DNA from: Schmidtea nova
Lineage: Eukaryota
Direction: 5' to 3'
DNA: 64,000 bases
Assembly: GCA_044892505.1 (NCBI GenBank)
Contig: CM097884.1
Location: 49,848,001 to 49,912,000 of the forward strand
Part shown: in pieces, positions 13,201-25,379 of the stretch
Numbering within the stretch: the first letter of the stretch is position 1
Layout of the letters: the number at the start of each line of letters is the position of its first letter
Notes under the pieces: model-generated
What the model was told of the DNA's origin: nothing
What the model saw: the letters and a program-made list of their open reading frames with translations, nothing else
The model's database searches: none
Translations under genes and position numbers: made by a program

Positions 13201-14240
13201 TGTTGCGGTTGTGTCTAAACAAGCACGGAATTAAATAAAAAGCTTAAAAAACTAAGTGAAAATAATTAAACATGAATATTTTAAAAAGTAATAATTAAAG
13301 TACGAAAGTTAATTAAAATTTGGAAAATTAAAAATAAGGATTTAGCGGGGAAGCTAATATGAGAGGATGCCAAATGATGAGACGAATTTAAATGTGGTAA
13401 CATAAAATGAAAAAGAGGTTCTTAGAAAGAAATATTAGGAAAAAACAAATTAAATAATTGCTTAATGGCAAACCCGAGCAAATTAGAATATGAAGTTGTA
13501 TGGGAAATCGAGTGATCAACAAAATTGTTTAATTACTAAGAACAATTCGATGATGATCAAAAGCGAGTGAACGACAGATAAATCAATTATCCCAAACAAA
13601 TTAATTATCGGGAAATCCGTGGGAAGAAGGAACCCGAGCAGTGAATGAAACCCGGGTCTAAATGACATAAATTGTTTTTTAGATAATTTGATCAATACGC
13701 GATGACCAAAAATTCAATCAACAAAACACTAAAAAATCAGAAGCGGATTTAGTATTTTTGCCAGTTGGTCAAAATTTGTTTTGCCAGGTAATCAGAAGGT
13801 TGAATACAGAGTTTCAATAGAAAATCAATTATTGCGTATCAGAAACGGGGATCTTCTATTGGAATACCTACCACTATCTCTGAAAAGTGCAAATAATAAT
13901 TAAAAAAATAATCAACCACATAACTATACCCATAATTCACTATTACATTAATCTATTATTGGAATTTGAGCGATGGTTTGAGGACTAAGTTTCACTATTC
14001 GGTTCAAAGTACTCCAACCGATTGGGAATTCGTGACCGACAAAGTTACTCCTAAATCAGTTTAAAATCGGGAAATCAGTTGAAACAGACAAAATTCTATT
14101 TCAAATATTTATTAAATATGATATCGAAAAATTCAAATTACCATCCTATTAGAAATCGTCCTACCTGAAAAGTCAAATACAATAATTTATTCTTGTTGAT
14201 AGAGTGATTAAAATTAAAGCCTGTTCATGAAAGTAAGTAA
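13201..14240 (+). mobile_element. LTR-like A-rich module (copy 2)
   Basis: Homologous blocks with 357-960. TGTTG start and an AAAGTAAGT donor-like motif near 14231. The right boundary is uncertain. Confidence 0.5.
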
Positions 14241-14399
14241 TGGATAACTGAATATCAACTTGACTTTGACTCAATCTTAAGTGCTGGGTTATCGTAGGTT
14301 GCTAATTTTATACATAACTTTGCTACTAAGACTACCACAAGCGGCATAACTTATTCCCTCTAAATGATTCTCGGTATGTCGGTGCTGTACCAACTGCTT

Positions 14400-14930
14400 T
14401 AGAGTTTAGGAAAAGGTGACCTGCGCTGCTACGACTGCTAATCATAATACTTTCCTGGTTTCAGAGTGACCGATTTCTTAAGCGTTTGTGAAGATTTTCA
14501 ATTGACTTGGTAAGCGTTCTCAGTTGATTTGGCTATCGCGTCATAAAAACAACTTAATTAAATATTTAGTATTTCCCTAAACTTAGAAATCGCATACAAT
14601 CATTGAAAAATAATACTGTTATAAGTCGCTTAGCAACATTATTAGTTTAACAAATTGGTGTATATCAGCAAAAAATGAGCTTCTAGTGGATCAGAACTAT
14701 AATTGACAGGATATTGCGGTTGAGTTCAAGGGCTATCGATAAAAGGTATAATGTTCATTTTATCTGTCCCATAACTTATTCAAAAATTCATAGCTCTATT
14801 TTAATCCTGAGAAAACTAATCAATCCAAAAATATGGTAGATAATTTCATGTCGGAAATAGATAATTCGTCATCATTATTATATTTAGAGAAAAACATTGT
14901 TACTGGAGCTCTTTAATAAATTATCCAATT
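14400..14930 (+). pseudogene. Very degraded RT/RNase H-like remnant
   Basis: Only short motifs survive, such as YLEKNIVTGAL (compare HI.G..NIVADALS). Many stops. Confidence 0.3.
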
Positions 14931-15239
14931 AGATGCTTGTTATAAAATCACAATAGTTCGAAATTCATTCACAAAAAATATATTATAATATTCAATTTTT
15001 AAATCAGGCAAATATGATTATTCATTTAATTACTTTATAATTATTTCATTTGAAAATTATTTCAGACATTTCTCTGTCCATGATCAAACAAAATAAATCA
15101 TATACTAAAGATTCACTATTGAAATAATAAAATCAAACAAACACATTCAGACATAAATATCAATAAATAAAGAACAAATATTTAAGATGAATAAATGAGA
15201 TTCTCAATGTTCAATCCAGAGTTAAGTCGACTGCTGGAG

Positions 15240-18200
15240 CACTCTATTTCATTTACATTATTTGTTCGGAGGTAATGGTCCTACTATATCAATGTGTATT
15301 GTTTCAAAAGGTTGGCTACTCGGGAAGAATACTTTTTGGGCTATTGATTATTTTGATATTTTGTTGATTTATCAATTTTTACATGTTTTGACGAAATCTT
15401 TGATTTCTTTTCTCACATTCGGCCATATGTATTTGATGTAGGTTATTTCATAAGTGGCTCTTCTTCCTGGATGACTGATGTCATGTTTTTTCGAAATAAA
15501 TATTTCCCTAATCTTTTGATAAGAGTATTCTTGGTGTGTTTTCGTTGCTGACATCGTACCAGAGGTCATTTCTTTTCTCTAATTTCAGACTGTGTTTTGT
15601 TGGGAGCTCCTTTAAGGTTTCTGATTGTTTGTTTTTGATTTGTTAATTTTCGATTAGTTCGCTAAATTCGAGTGCGTTTATGTTTGTATCTATTTTTGAC
15701 AGAGTATCTGCTGCAATATTTGCGGCTCCGGCGACATAATTAATTGTGCAATTAAATTGTGATATATAATTTAACTGTCTTATTTGTCGTGGCGATGGGT
15801 TTTTCATTTGTATTGCGTTGTTAACGGTTTGTGGTTCGTATAGATTTTGAAGTTTCTAGCTTCCAGTAGATGTTGGAACTGTTTGATAGCTTCATAAATT
15901 GCGAGAAGTTTTCGATCAAAAGTTGAATACGTTGTTTGATGAGTTTTTAATTTTTTTGAGAAAAAATCCAATTGGTTGTTTGCCGTATTCGTTATCCTGA
16001 TATAAGGTTGCGCCCATTGCAAATCCAGAGCAGTCTGTTGCTAGGTTGTATTCTAATTCTGGATTTGGGTATCCGAGTAATGTTGCTTGAGATAAGCTTG
16101 TTTTTGCTTTTTCAAACTGTTTGGTTGTTTGTTCCGTCCAGTTTACTTTAGTGTTTCTTCTTGTTTTAATCAAATCATTTAATGGAGTTAACAGTTCGCT
16201 GCAGTTTGGGATGTAAGCATGGTAAAAGTTTACCATTCCCAAAAATCGTCTTAGTTCTCTGTTTGTATTTGGCAGTTTACACTCTTGTTTTGTGCTTATT
16301 TTCTTGTCTATTGGCTTTGTGCCTTTTTATCCAGTATGTGTCCAAGAAAATTTATTTCTCTTCAAAAATGTACTGATTATTCTAATTATTTTTCAGAGTC
16401 TTGTTCATAAAGCGTTGAAATGTTGCAGCTGCATTTCGCAAACCAAATGGCATTCTGTTGTATTCGAACATACCGATTGGTGTTACGATTGGTGTTTTTT
16501 TATGTCTTCGTTCCTGATGGGTATTTGGTGATAAGCCTTCTGTAAATCTATTTTCGAGAAAAGTCTTGCACCTTTTAGTCTGTTTATTATGTCTCTGATG
16601 ATAGGCAGTGGGTAATTGTCTGGCTCTGTGATTTTATTGAGCATTCGGTAGTCACCACATGCTCTCCATTCCCCATTCGCCTTTTGTTTTAGCATGAGCG
16701 CAGAGGACCAATCTGAGTTCGAGCGAGTTACTATTTTGTTTTCTAGTAACTCCTTGAAAATTTCGTTTGTAATTTTTGTTTTTTGTGTATCTAGTTGTCT
16801 CACCCTTTGCATGCACTGGGTTTCCGTTTGTTATAATTGTATTTTCGGTTGAGTGATCCGCGTTTTTGTCGAAGGTTACTGGTTCGATGAGTTTTTCGAA
16901 TTTTTTCATTAGTTTATTTATTTCTGGGTCATGATTCAGTTTTTGTTTTGGTTTATTGTTAGTTGGACCCATTTGGATAACACCAATGTCTACTTTTGAA
17001 TTGGTTGTCGGCATGGTTTTGACGGTTTCTTTGTTTGTGCACGTGTTTTCGGTTAGTGTTTTATTTCGGCAGTCTACTGTGAGGTTGTAGTGTGCCAGAA
17101 AGTCAGCTCCTATTATGGATTGTTAAACATCAGCGATTATGAATGTCCAGCTGTATTTTTTTGAATTAATTGTTAGAGTTAGAGTGTGTTCACCAAATGT
17201 TTTTATATTTGTGCCATTGGCTGCGGTAATATAATTTTCTGCGTTTTTTAAGTTTTTGTGCAGGTAATGGGGTAATAAGGAGATCACAGAACCTGTGTCA
17301 ATTAGAAATTCTGTGTTGTTTGAGTGCACCATGAATGTATTGTTTTTGTCACCAATTGTGGGTGATATTATCGGGGACATTTTTAGTTACCCTGTTCCGT
17401 TTTATGGAAGTTGCAGAGGTTAGTGCATTTAAAAGCCTTGGCACCAAATTTGTTATGAAAATAGCAATGATTTTTATTTATTAAATTGTTTCTCGCTTGT
17501 TTTTCTGGACTTTTGTCCCGATAATTATTGTATCTGTTTGGTGAGTTTGACCTGTTTCTGTTGTTTTGATTTAATCAATGGTCTCTGTTGTAGTTTTGTC
17601 TGTTGTGTCTTTCAGACAATGAATTTGAATTGTTATTTTGCCTGTAGCATTTTTCTTTAATTTCGGCAAGTTCCGCTTTAATTTGTTTTATTTTGACTAT
17701 GATTTCGTCGAATTTGCTGATTAGGGTGTTTAATAGTTTGTTCATGTTTTTGTTTGTCTCGTTATATTTGTTGTTTGGTTGATTATTGTAGTTTGTTTTT
17801 GTTTTTGTTGTAGTTTTGGGTGCTGCATATAGTCGGATAAATTTCTTCGTTGATTTCAACGAGTGTTTCGACATCGACGTTGTTGCTGGCTGCAAGGATC
17901 CGCCTGATTTCTGGTAGCACTGCTCGTTTAAAAAATTCTTTACCTAATTCATTTGAACCGGAGTTTGTGATACTTGGTTGCAAATATTCTAGTTTTTGTT
18001 TTAATTGTCTGAGGAAATCAGTGGGTTTATTGTCACCTAACTGAGTGTTTTTGAAGTAAGATTCGAGCATTTTCCGTCTGTTTATTTTATTTTTGTTCGT
18101 AAGGATGTTGCACAGTTTGTAAAGGGGTCGTTATCCTTAGAAAATTCTTCTATTTGGTCCGCGATTTCATTTAATTTTTTTTGTTTTTTCATCATACAAG

Positions 18201-18859
18201 AAACATGATCATAAATGTTTTTTTATTTGATATCTTGTAAGGATACTGTTTATTATTTCAGGATCTGGTGAGATTAGTGACAGGTTGTGTTGATATAAAT
18301 TATGTGCTATTTGTGAGATTTTTAAGATTTTTCGCATTCTATTTTTGGAGAAATCAAGTGTTTTTTGGATTTTTTATGCTTGAAAGCATAGATAAGGGAA
18401 CCATTGTTCAGTGTTGCAATATGAATTTTCTAATTTTGGATTATGACTAGATTCAATTTTCAATTTCAATTTAAATTTTTCAAGTAGAAGTAGGTAGTGA
18501 ATAATGTCGAAATTTGGTGTTGATTTGTCGGTGTATTTTGGTTTATATGCTATCTGGATTGTTTGGTTTTTTGGTTTATCTTCGATTATTTCACTGATCT
18601 TTGATGGTATAGTGAGAAGGTTTTCAAATTGTAGTATATCGTTCTTGTATAGTATAGGGATCCATAGATGTGGTTTATAATTTATTTGTTCAAGTAGTTC
18701 TATATTTTCGCTTTTAAATTCCTTCATGGCTTTTAGGACGAATTTATTATATTGTTGAATCATGTTTAGTGCAGATTCATTGGTGAGATTTGAAAAGTAG
18801 GGAGATGTTATTTTTGAAGTCGACAGGAAAATTTTCCAAAGTATTGGATTATTATTCAT
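15240..18859 (-). mobile_element. Decayed Ty3/Gypsy retrotransposon (gag-PR-RT-RNaseH-partial IN)
   Basis: gag (EQWFPY, LGDNKPTDFLRQLK, CYFHNKFGAKAFKC...C), protease FLIDTGSVISLLP, RT WRACGDYRMLN...FSKIDLQKAYHQ and MPFGLRNAAATFQRFM, RNase H LATDCSGFAMGATL and YSTFDRKLLA, integrase HDISHPG...CKNC and IHIDIVGPLP, after which it is truncated. No LTRs seen. Confidence 0.94.
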
Positions 18860-18983
18860 TGAGAGTTGTTTAAATATTCAAAAGGAAATTTTGTAAATTA
18901 GTTTTTCAAAATAATAAAGATTTGTGAATTAACATTTAATTGTTATTTATTTTAAATTATATCAATAAAATATTTTTAGACAA

Positions 18984-21531
18984 ATGGATAAATTTTTTGA
19001 GTGGGTACAAGAGAAAAGTCGAAAATAATGAAGATAATGATGCTGGTACAAGTGTGAATAATATCAAAAAAGAAGGAGGTAAAACTCCCAAGAAAAGACA
19101 ATACTGTTCATCATTATTTATCATTAGGATTTACAAGTGTTGTTATAGATGGCTCGGAAAAACCAATGTGTTTGTTGTGTTTGAAAGTCTTGGCTTCAGA
19201 TAGTATGAGACCAGTAAAATTAAAACGGCACCATGAAACTCTACACCCTGCATATGTTAACAAGCCCATAGAATCTTTTCAATGAAAATTCCACGAGATA
19301 AATATTCAAAAAGAAACGTTCAAAAAATAGTTTCAGTCACACCAAACGCATTATTGGCTTCGTACCATGTCTCATACTGAATTGCGAAATGTAAAAAACC
19401 ACATACAATAGGAGAAACCCTAATTTTACCAGCTGCTGTTGATATGGTTCAAATAATGTTCGGCGAATCGTATGCAAAACAGTTGCAACAAATTCCGCTA
19501 GCTGATAATACAGATGGGAGAAGAATCAATGATATTTCTGAAGATATCTGCGATCAATTAGTTTCTCGGCTGCATACTTCGATATTCGCAATTCAAGTAG
19601 ACGAGGCAACTGATTTAACTAAAGATGCCCATTTGATTGCATATGTTCTGTATGTTGCGGAAAATGATATATTAGAAGATATATTATTTTGCAAACCCAT
19701 TCCTGGAAAGACCACCTCCATTGAAATTTTTAATATAATAGACGGTTTTTTTTTGAAGAAAGCGACATATCGTGGAATAATTGCATCGGACTGTGTACTG
19801 ACAGAGCTCACTCAATGTCCGGAAACAAAGCAGGTCTTCAAGCATTGGTGAAAAAAAGTCATAGAGCAGCTCTAAAGTCAAAAAATATGAGCGAGGAACT
19901 GAACATTTTTTCAAAAGTTATAAAAATTATAAACTACATTAAGAACAGTCCCTTGAGAGCTAGGCTGTTTGCAAAACTGTGTGTTGATATGGAAGCTAAT
20001 TATATTTCCCGCATGTATTATTATGAAGTTCGCTGGCTATCTCATGCAAAAGTCATTCAAAGGGTGTTTGAACTCAAAGAAGAAATCGCAATCTTTCTCA
20101 AAGAAAACCATCATGAAGATGCACATTTGTGGACGAATGATAACTTTATTGTGAAACTTGCCTATTTGGTTGAAATTTTTGGAAAATTGAGCGGTTTGAA
20201 AAAATCAATGCAGGGATCACAAATGCATCCACTTGTTCAAAAAAGACAAAGTTAAAGCTTTCATTAAAAAGTTGAAGTTATGGAAATCAAATTCACAAAA
20301 GAATGAGTTAGATATGTTTTCACTTTCAAAAGATTTCTGGACCACGGCCAACATAGAATCAGGCAAAAATCTTTATATTGAACACTTGGATGGTTTGGTG
20401 CTGCATTTTACAAATTATTTCAAAAACATTGATTTCTCAAAGTTTTTGTGGGTACAGAATCCATTTATAGACAATGAAGAAGACGAATTTGAGCTGTCAA
20501 CAATCGAAAGAGAAAAATTGATAGAATTATCATGCGATAGTTTTCTAAAACAAAAGTTTCAAAATGAAACGATAATTCAATTTTGGATGAATCTTAGTGG
20601 AGAGTATGAATCTCTGTATTGCAAAGCAATGCAAGTGTTTCTACCACTTATAAAGTCTTATTTATGCGAAACGGGCTTGTCGGCACTGGCTGCAGTGAAA
20701 ACCAAATATCGAGCCAGGTTAATAGTCGAAAAAGAGTTACGAGTGGCAATCGCCACATTACCTCCAAGATTTGATAAACTTTGTGCCAATAGACAACAAC
20801 AACCTTCGCATTAAATTTTGATGTGTTAGATGTAGTTTAACCCGGGATCGGTCGCATGGGGTCTTTAAAGGCCCAATACATTATTTGGTGAAATTTTATA
20901 TATTTATTATATATGTATATGGTTTTTTATGTTTTTCTGTTATGTGGGTATATATTTAACGATAATAAATCATATTTTGTATTTCGTTATTTATTTTGGC
21001 ATGGAAATTATAACTTATTAGAAAACAGACCATTTCGTCATTTTTAGCACTTCGAGTTTAAAATTACCAAATAACAAAATAACAAAATTTAAACTCTTTT
21101 GCATAATAACAAGAAATGTCAAATTCCAGGTATTCTTTACCTTTAAACATCAAGATACTTATAACTATACATCTAAAAAAATAGGCAGCTACTGAGACAC
21201 ACAAACCTCTAACTTAAATAATTAAAAAGTTATGTCGGTTTTTCTAAGCTCCGGGCCTTTAAAGACCCCATGCGACCGATGATGTAAGGAAAATGGGCGC
21301 TACCGACGTAGGGTTAATTAGTAATTTAATATACAAATAAATATACATGTTCATATGTTATAGCAAAACCTTGTTTTTATTCTGTTAATTGTAGTTTTAA
21401 TTTTTTTTGTAATAAAGTTATTTTTGTTTAAAAAGTGTTTATATTATTATATATATTAAAAAAAGATGGGGAGGCGCCAAGAAAAAGTTTTTTTGGGGGA
21501 GGCTTGGTAGTATAAAAATTGGAAACCGCTG
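18984..21531 (+). mobile_element. Buster/Charlie-type hAT DNA transposon (ZBED5/SCAND3-like transposase pseudogene 18984-20814), left end missing
   Basis: CVVCLKVLASDSMRPVKLKRHHETLHP zinc finger, IQVDEATD, C.DGA..MSG, YEVRWLS, YLCETGLSAL...KTKYRARL. Several frameshifts. Right TIR AAAAATTGGAAACCGCTG ends at 21531 and is followed by CATTAAAG (Buster nnnTAnnn target consensus). Confidence 0.92.
20841..21313. mobile_element. piggyBac-type MITE (473 bp) nested in the Buster element
   Basis: TTAA|CCC...GGG|TTAA ends (TTAA at 20837-20840 and 21314-21317). Perfect 28-bp internal inverted repeat ATCGGTCGCATGGGGTCTTTAAAGGCCC at 20847-20874 and 21253-21280. Confidence 0.88.
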
Positions 21532-22019
21532 CATTAAAGACTTGTTTATGTTAGTAATCTCAACTTGTTCTAAGAGTATAAATGGCCTGCGAGGTTGATG
21601 TAATTTGTTTTAAATCATAGACTAACAGTGTTCATTGAAAACTGAAGTGTTGCAATATTATTTGCCTGGAATGCATGCATTGCTTACTCAATGAGTATTA
21701 CTCATTTTAATTAAAAATGAGTTTTGTTTAATATTCACACATTTTGTCAAGCATTTACTTTGGTAAAGAAACATCGGCGTTTTAGCAACCAGTTTAAATC
21801 TGCTAAAGGTAAATTACCTTTTTATCCTTTTAATATTTTCATAAGTGTCATGTTGTTGGAAGTATTGTAATATTGATAAAAAGAAATATTTATAGAACGC
21901 TAGTTCTTTGCTATATTTTTTTCTTATTACTGCAAATTAATTGTTAATGTAATAATAGAATTTTTTATTAAAGGGTATGTGACATGACAACTGATATTTA
22001 TCTTCGGACTAACAATCAC

Positions 22020-22430
22020 AAATGGCTGCTTGGGAAATTACCTACTAACTTGCTGCCTAATAATGGTGACGTATTGAAGTTATTTTTTCATATTTTTTCT
22101 GTCGAAAAGAAGACAGTCAATGAAGCAGCAAAGCTTACAGGAAAGAAATTGATGGAGATCTAGGAACGGGCGAGAATTTCAATAAAAAAGGAGAGGAATA
22201 TTATTCCGATGATTAAATAGTCACATAGTCATTACCAGTGAGTGGGAAAAGATAAGAAAACAGGATACAATGCTCAGAAAGTTAGATAAGATAAGATGGA
22301 AAGGAAAATGACAGCAACTTTTTATATTGTCCACAAAGAAGTGGATTCAAAGTTAAGAAATGAAAAAGTTAGGATATTTCTAGAAGATCAGAGGACTGTA
22401 CGAAAAATGGCAATGAGTGGGATAGATTAA
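22020..22430 (+). pseudogene. N-terminal fragment of an hATm-like transposase
   Basis: One frame with stops: KLPTNLLPNNGDVLKLFF...EI*ERARI...FYIVHKE...FLEDQRTVRKMAMSGID, matching from memory the N-terminus of this invertebrate transposase family. Confidence 0.6.
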
Positions 22431-22479
22431 TTCGATGAAACAAAAAGCAATTGATTGAATGAATAGCATACAAAATTAT

Positions 22480-22960
22480 GGAGTCCTATATTTCCAACGG
22501 ATAAACATTTTACATAGATAACTGGTACAATTATACAAATTTGTTTTAATCAACGAAAGAAATGTTATTGCAACAGTCGGATTTACGCATCACAATATAC
22601 CAGCTACATTGAAAATGAATTAAAGACACATAGCAGAATGAATCTGGACAAAAATTGGATTACCTTTATATTTGCAATTTTATAGATGATATATTATGAC
22701 TGAACACAATTTTTGTATCACCACGCTTCAAAGATTTAAAAGTAACTGATCGAAAAACTAATAGCATAATTCAGAAAGATCATATTATCGCGTTATTGGT
22801 AAAGTTGACCGTGATGATTTAGGTTAGACGTCATTCCACTGATGCTTAGATACGCAACGGATTACAAAAAGATTTTTTTACATAGCTGGCACGAGCTTTA
22901 TTCAACACATTATATAAAAACCTTTCAGATAAAAAAAGATTACCATACATTGAAACATTT
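22480..22960 (+). pseudogene. piggyBac transposase remnant
   Basis: Broken motifs IDNWYNYTNLF (second catalytic Asp), GKVDRDD (third Asp region) and KRFF...N.LY. Confidence 0.55.
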
Positions 22961-23536
22961 GTGGATCATTAATAAAAGTAATTATTTTTGTTTGTTGAAT
23001 TATTTTCTCGGGTAAAGCCTAATAATTCCCCATAATTAAATTGGCCTGATAATTAGAGGTATCTGCCGCAGGTTTCAGGAAGGCCGACTGGGACTCTGAG
23101 TTGCGCGGTTAAAAATAAATGGATTAATCATATAGTTAAAGGAAGTATGGGATACCCTGATAATTAGGAACATTTGGTCAGTCGACCTTAGGGGAGAGAT
23201 GGGGTTGTATATGGTACCTACGATAGTTTTCATTTAATTAACAATATAAAATAAATCTGAGATTCCATCATCAATTGAACCTAACAACGCAGATGATCAT
23301 CCACATGATAACGATGAGATTACCTACGATATTTTAAATCATCAAGTCAGTTCCGATTATTAATATGAACCAAATCGGAAACGTAAACAGACGGTCAAAG
23401 ACTGAAAGATTGACTGTGATAGTCAGGTTACATTTTCATCGACGGCTCTCAATAATCACCGAACAAACCTTGATCACATCTCTACAAATTTTCCAACTTA
23501 AGTTCAGAGTATAATCTAAGGGACAAAGGTCATACT

Positions 23537-23908
23537 GTGATGAACTTACGTCATAATTTATTCATTGAAGTTATTCAAAGTTACGTTTCCAGATTCATGA
23601 AAATGTATCACCAACTGAGCATGAATGGAAAAGATAATCATACCGATCACTCCATCGGAATCGCCAATACCGAGAGTCACAAGAAAAGGGTGTTAGGCAA
23701 TCTCAAAGCCTTACCCTGTGACGTTCTAGCAGCAGTTACTACAGCCATGATGAAATGGCGAAGTGAAAAGAAGAAGCGACCTCCTTTCTTGATATGGTCG
23801 AGCGGAATCGACGAGATATGGTGGAATGGTTGTCCCAGATGGCTAATAAGTTCGACGAGAAACTTACGAGCAGAACGCCAAGATGGTTCGTCCGAATCAC
23901 AGAACTAG
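23537..23908 (+). CDS. Unknown protein, ORF-A family copy (probably decayed)
   Basis: GC-richer island. KKRPPFLIWSSGIDEIWWNGCPRWLISS aligns with ORFs 57202-57570 and 54011-54616. Confidence 0.45.
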   Translation: MMNLRHNLFIEVIQSYVSRFMKMYHQLSMNGKDNHTDHSIGIANTESHKKRVLGNLKALPCDVLAAVTTAMMKWRSEKKKRPPFLIWSSGIDEIWWNGCPRWLISSTRNLRAERQDGSSESQN

Positions 23909-24289
23909 AGGGATTCGACGGAATTGTCAGTTTCTCTTACATTTTCTTGGAGGAATTTACCAACATGAGGATTTTGCTAATCTCGCCTCCTCGGGAAATA
24001 AAGACTCAGTGAATTTCGGACTCCACAGCGAGTCCACCTCGAAACTGGTTGACAGAAGTCTCAGTGGAAGTGTCCTGTGTATCAAATATATCACAATAAC
24101 GTGTTTTATTGATGTTGTGAGTTATTTATTTACGTCGTTGTCCCGTACATTGGATTCAAATAGCTCAGTCTAGTTTGAATGCAAGTAAATAAAGAATGAT
24201 ATTTTTCCCTTAAGGAGTGACCACCGCTGGGAATAGAAAGCAGGTTTAGTTACAGTTCTTTCAGATATTGAAAAATTAATGCCGATCTG

Positions 24290-24870
24290 TAACTCAACCC
24301 TCTTTTTAGAACAAATGCCAAGTTTCCTATACGAGATGCCATCGTCGACTAAAAGTAACTATATCTGGAGAATGGGAAGGAAGTGGGTACCATTCTCATC
24401 CAACAGAACCATCAATTATAAATGTTAATAAAATAAGGAGAAGTATTAAACATAAGGCAAGTACATCTGATAAGTCTAAGAAAGAACTTTAGTGAATTGT
24501 GGGCTTTTGATGAAGAGTCTATCTCAAGTAACGAAGTCCTCCTCAGTTGCAAAAGATATTCAACTTCATCGTAACCCTTTCAACAATAATCCTTTTAAGA
24601 CACGTGACTGACATTTTAAAAAACGTTTTAAAGAACAATGATGACGACAACTGGATTGCCCTGATACAGAAGATCCGCAGAGAATTTTTGGTTTTGCTAC
24701 CTAACAATTTTTAATTCAGGTGTTTTCTGCTCTACACCTATTTGCCGATGGGAATTTCAAAGTCATCCCTTTTCTATCACTCTATTCATGAGGTTGTTAT
24801 GGGTGTCGCCACATCTCTGCTGTATGTGCTTCAACCTAACAAAAAGTTAGTATATATGATCGTCTAATGA
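24290..24870 (+). pseudogene. MULE (Mutator-like) transposase remnant
   Basis: RIFGFAT*...HLFADGNFKVIP and IHEVVMG...LLYVLQPNKK match the invertebrate MULE core L..DGTFK..P...IH...Y.LLP.K. Confidence 0.7.
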
Positions 24871-25345
24871 CTTTAATAAAAAATTGTTTGCCTGAAAATA
24901 GCTGGAAATAAATTTAGCATATAAATAAATACAATTCATTTTGGTCAATAAGAGAAAAGAGAAGAAAGGAGGATCAGTACAACGAGATTATTTATTTGCA
25001 GATAAAAACTTAAAACGAATTCGGAAAGAGACATACGAGGTCGAACGATAATTAGCATCCTAGATATAAAGTTATTTTCTAATAATTAATTAAAGCGACT
25101 ACAATAAAGGAAGGATAAACTACCAAGAAACAAATAAACATGACACATTTCAAACCATAATTATTTTATTATTTTTATAAACTAATAAAATAATACGAAA
25201 GACTGAAAACCGTTCACATGTATATTTACAAATTTCGATCTGTTTGATTGTGAGGAATCTGAACACGGCCATCTAAAAAAGAATGAAAATTAAATTTACC
25301 GAAAAATATTCATTTAAATAAAAACAATTTCCAAAATAAATGTAC

Positions 25346-25376
<31 letters not shown>

Positions 25377-25379
<3 letters not shown>

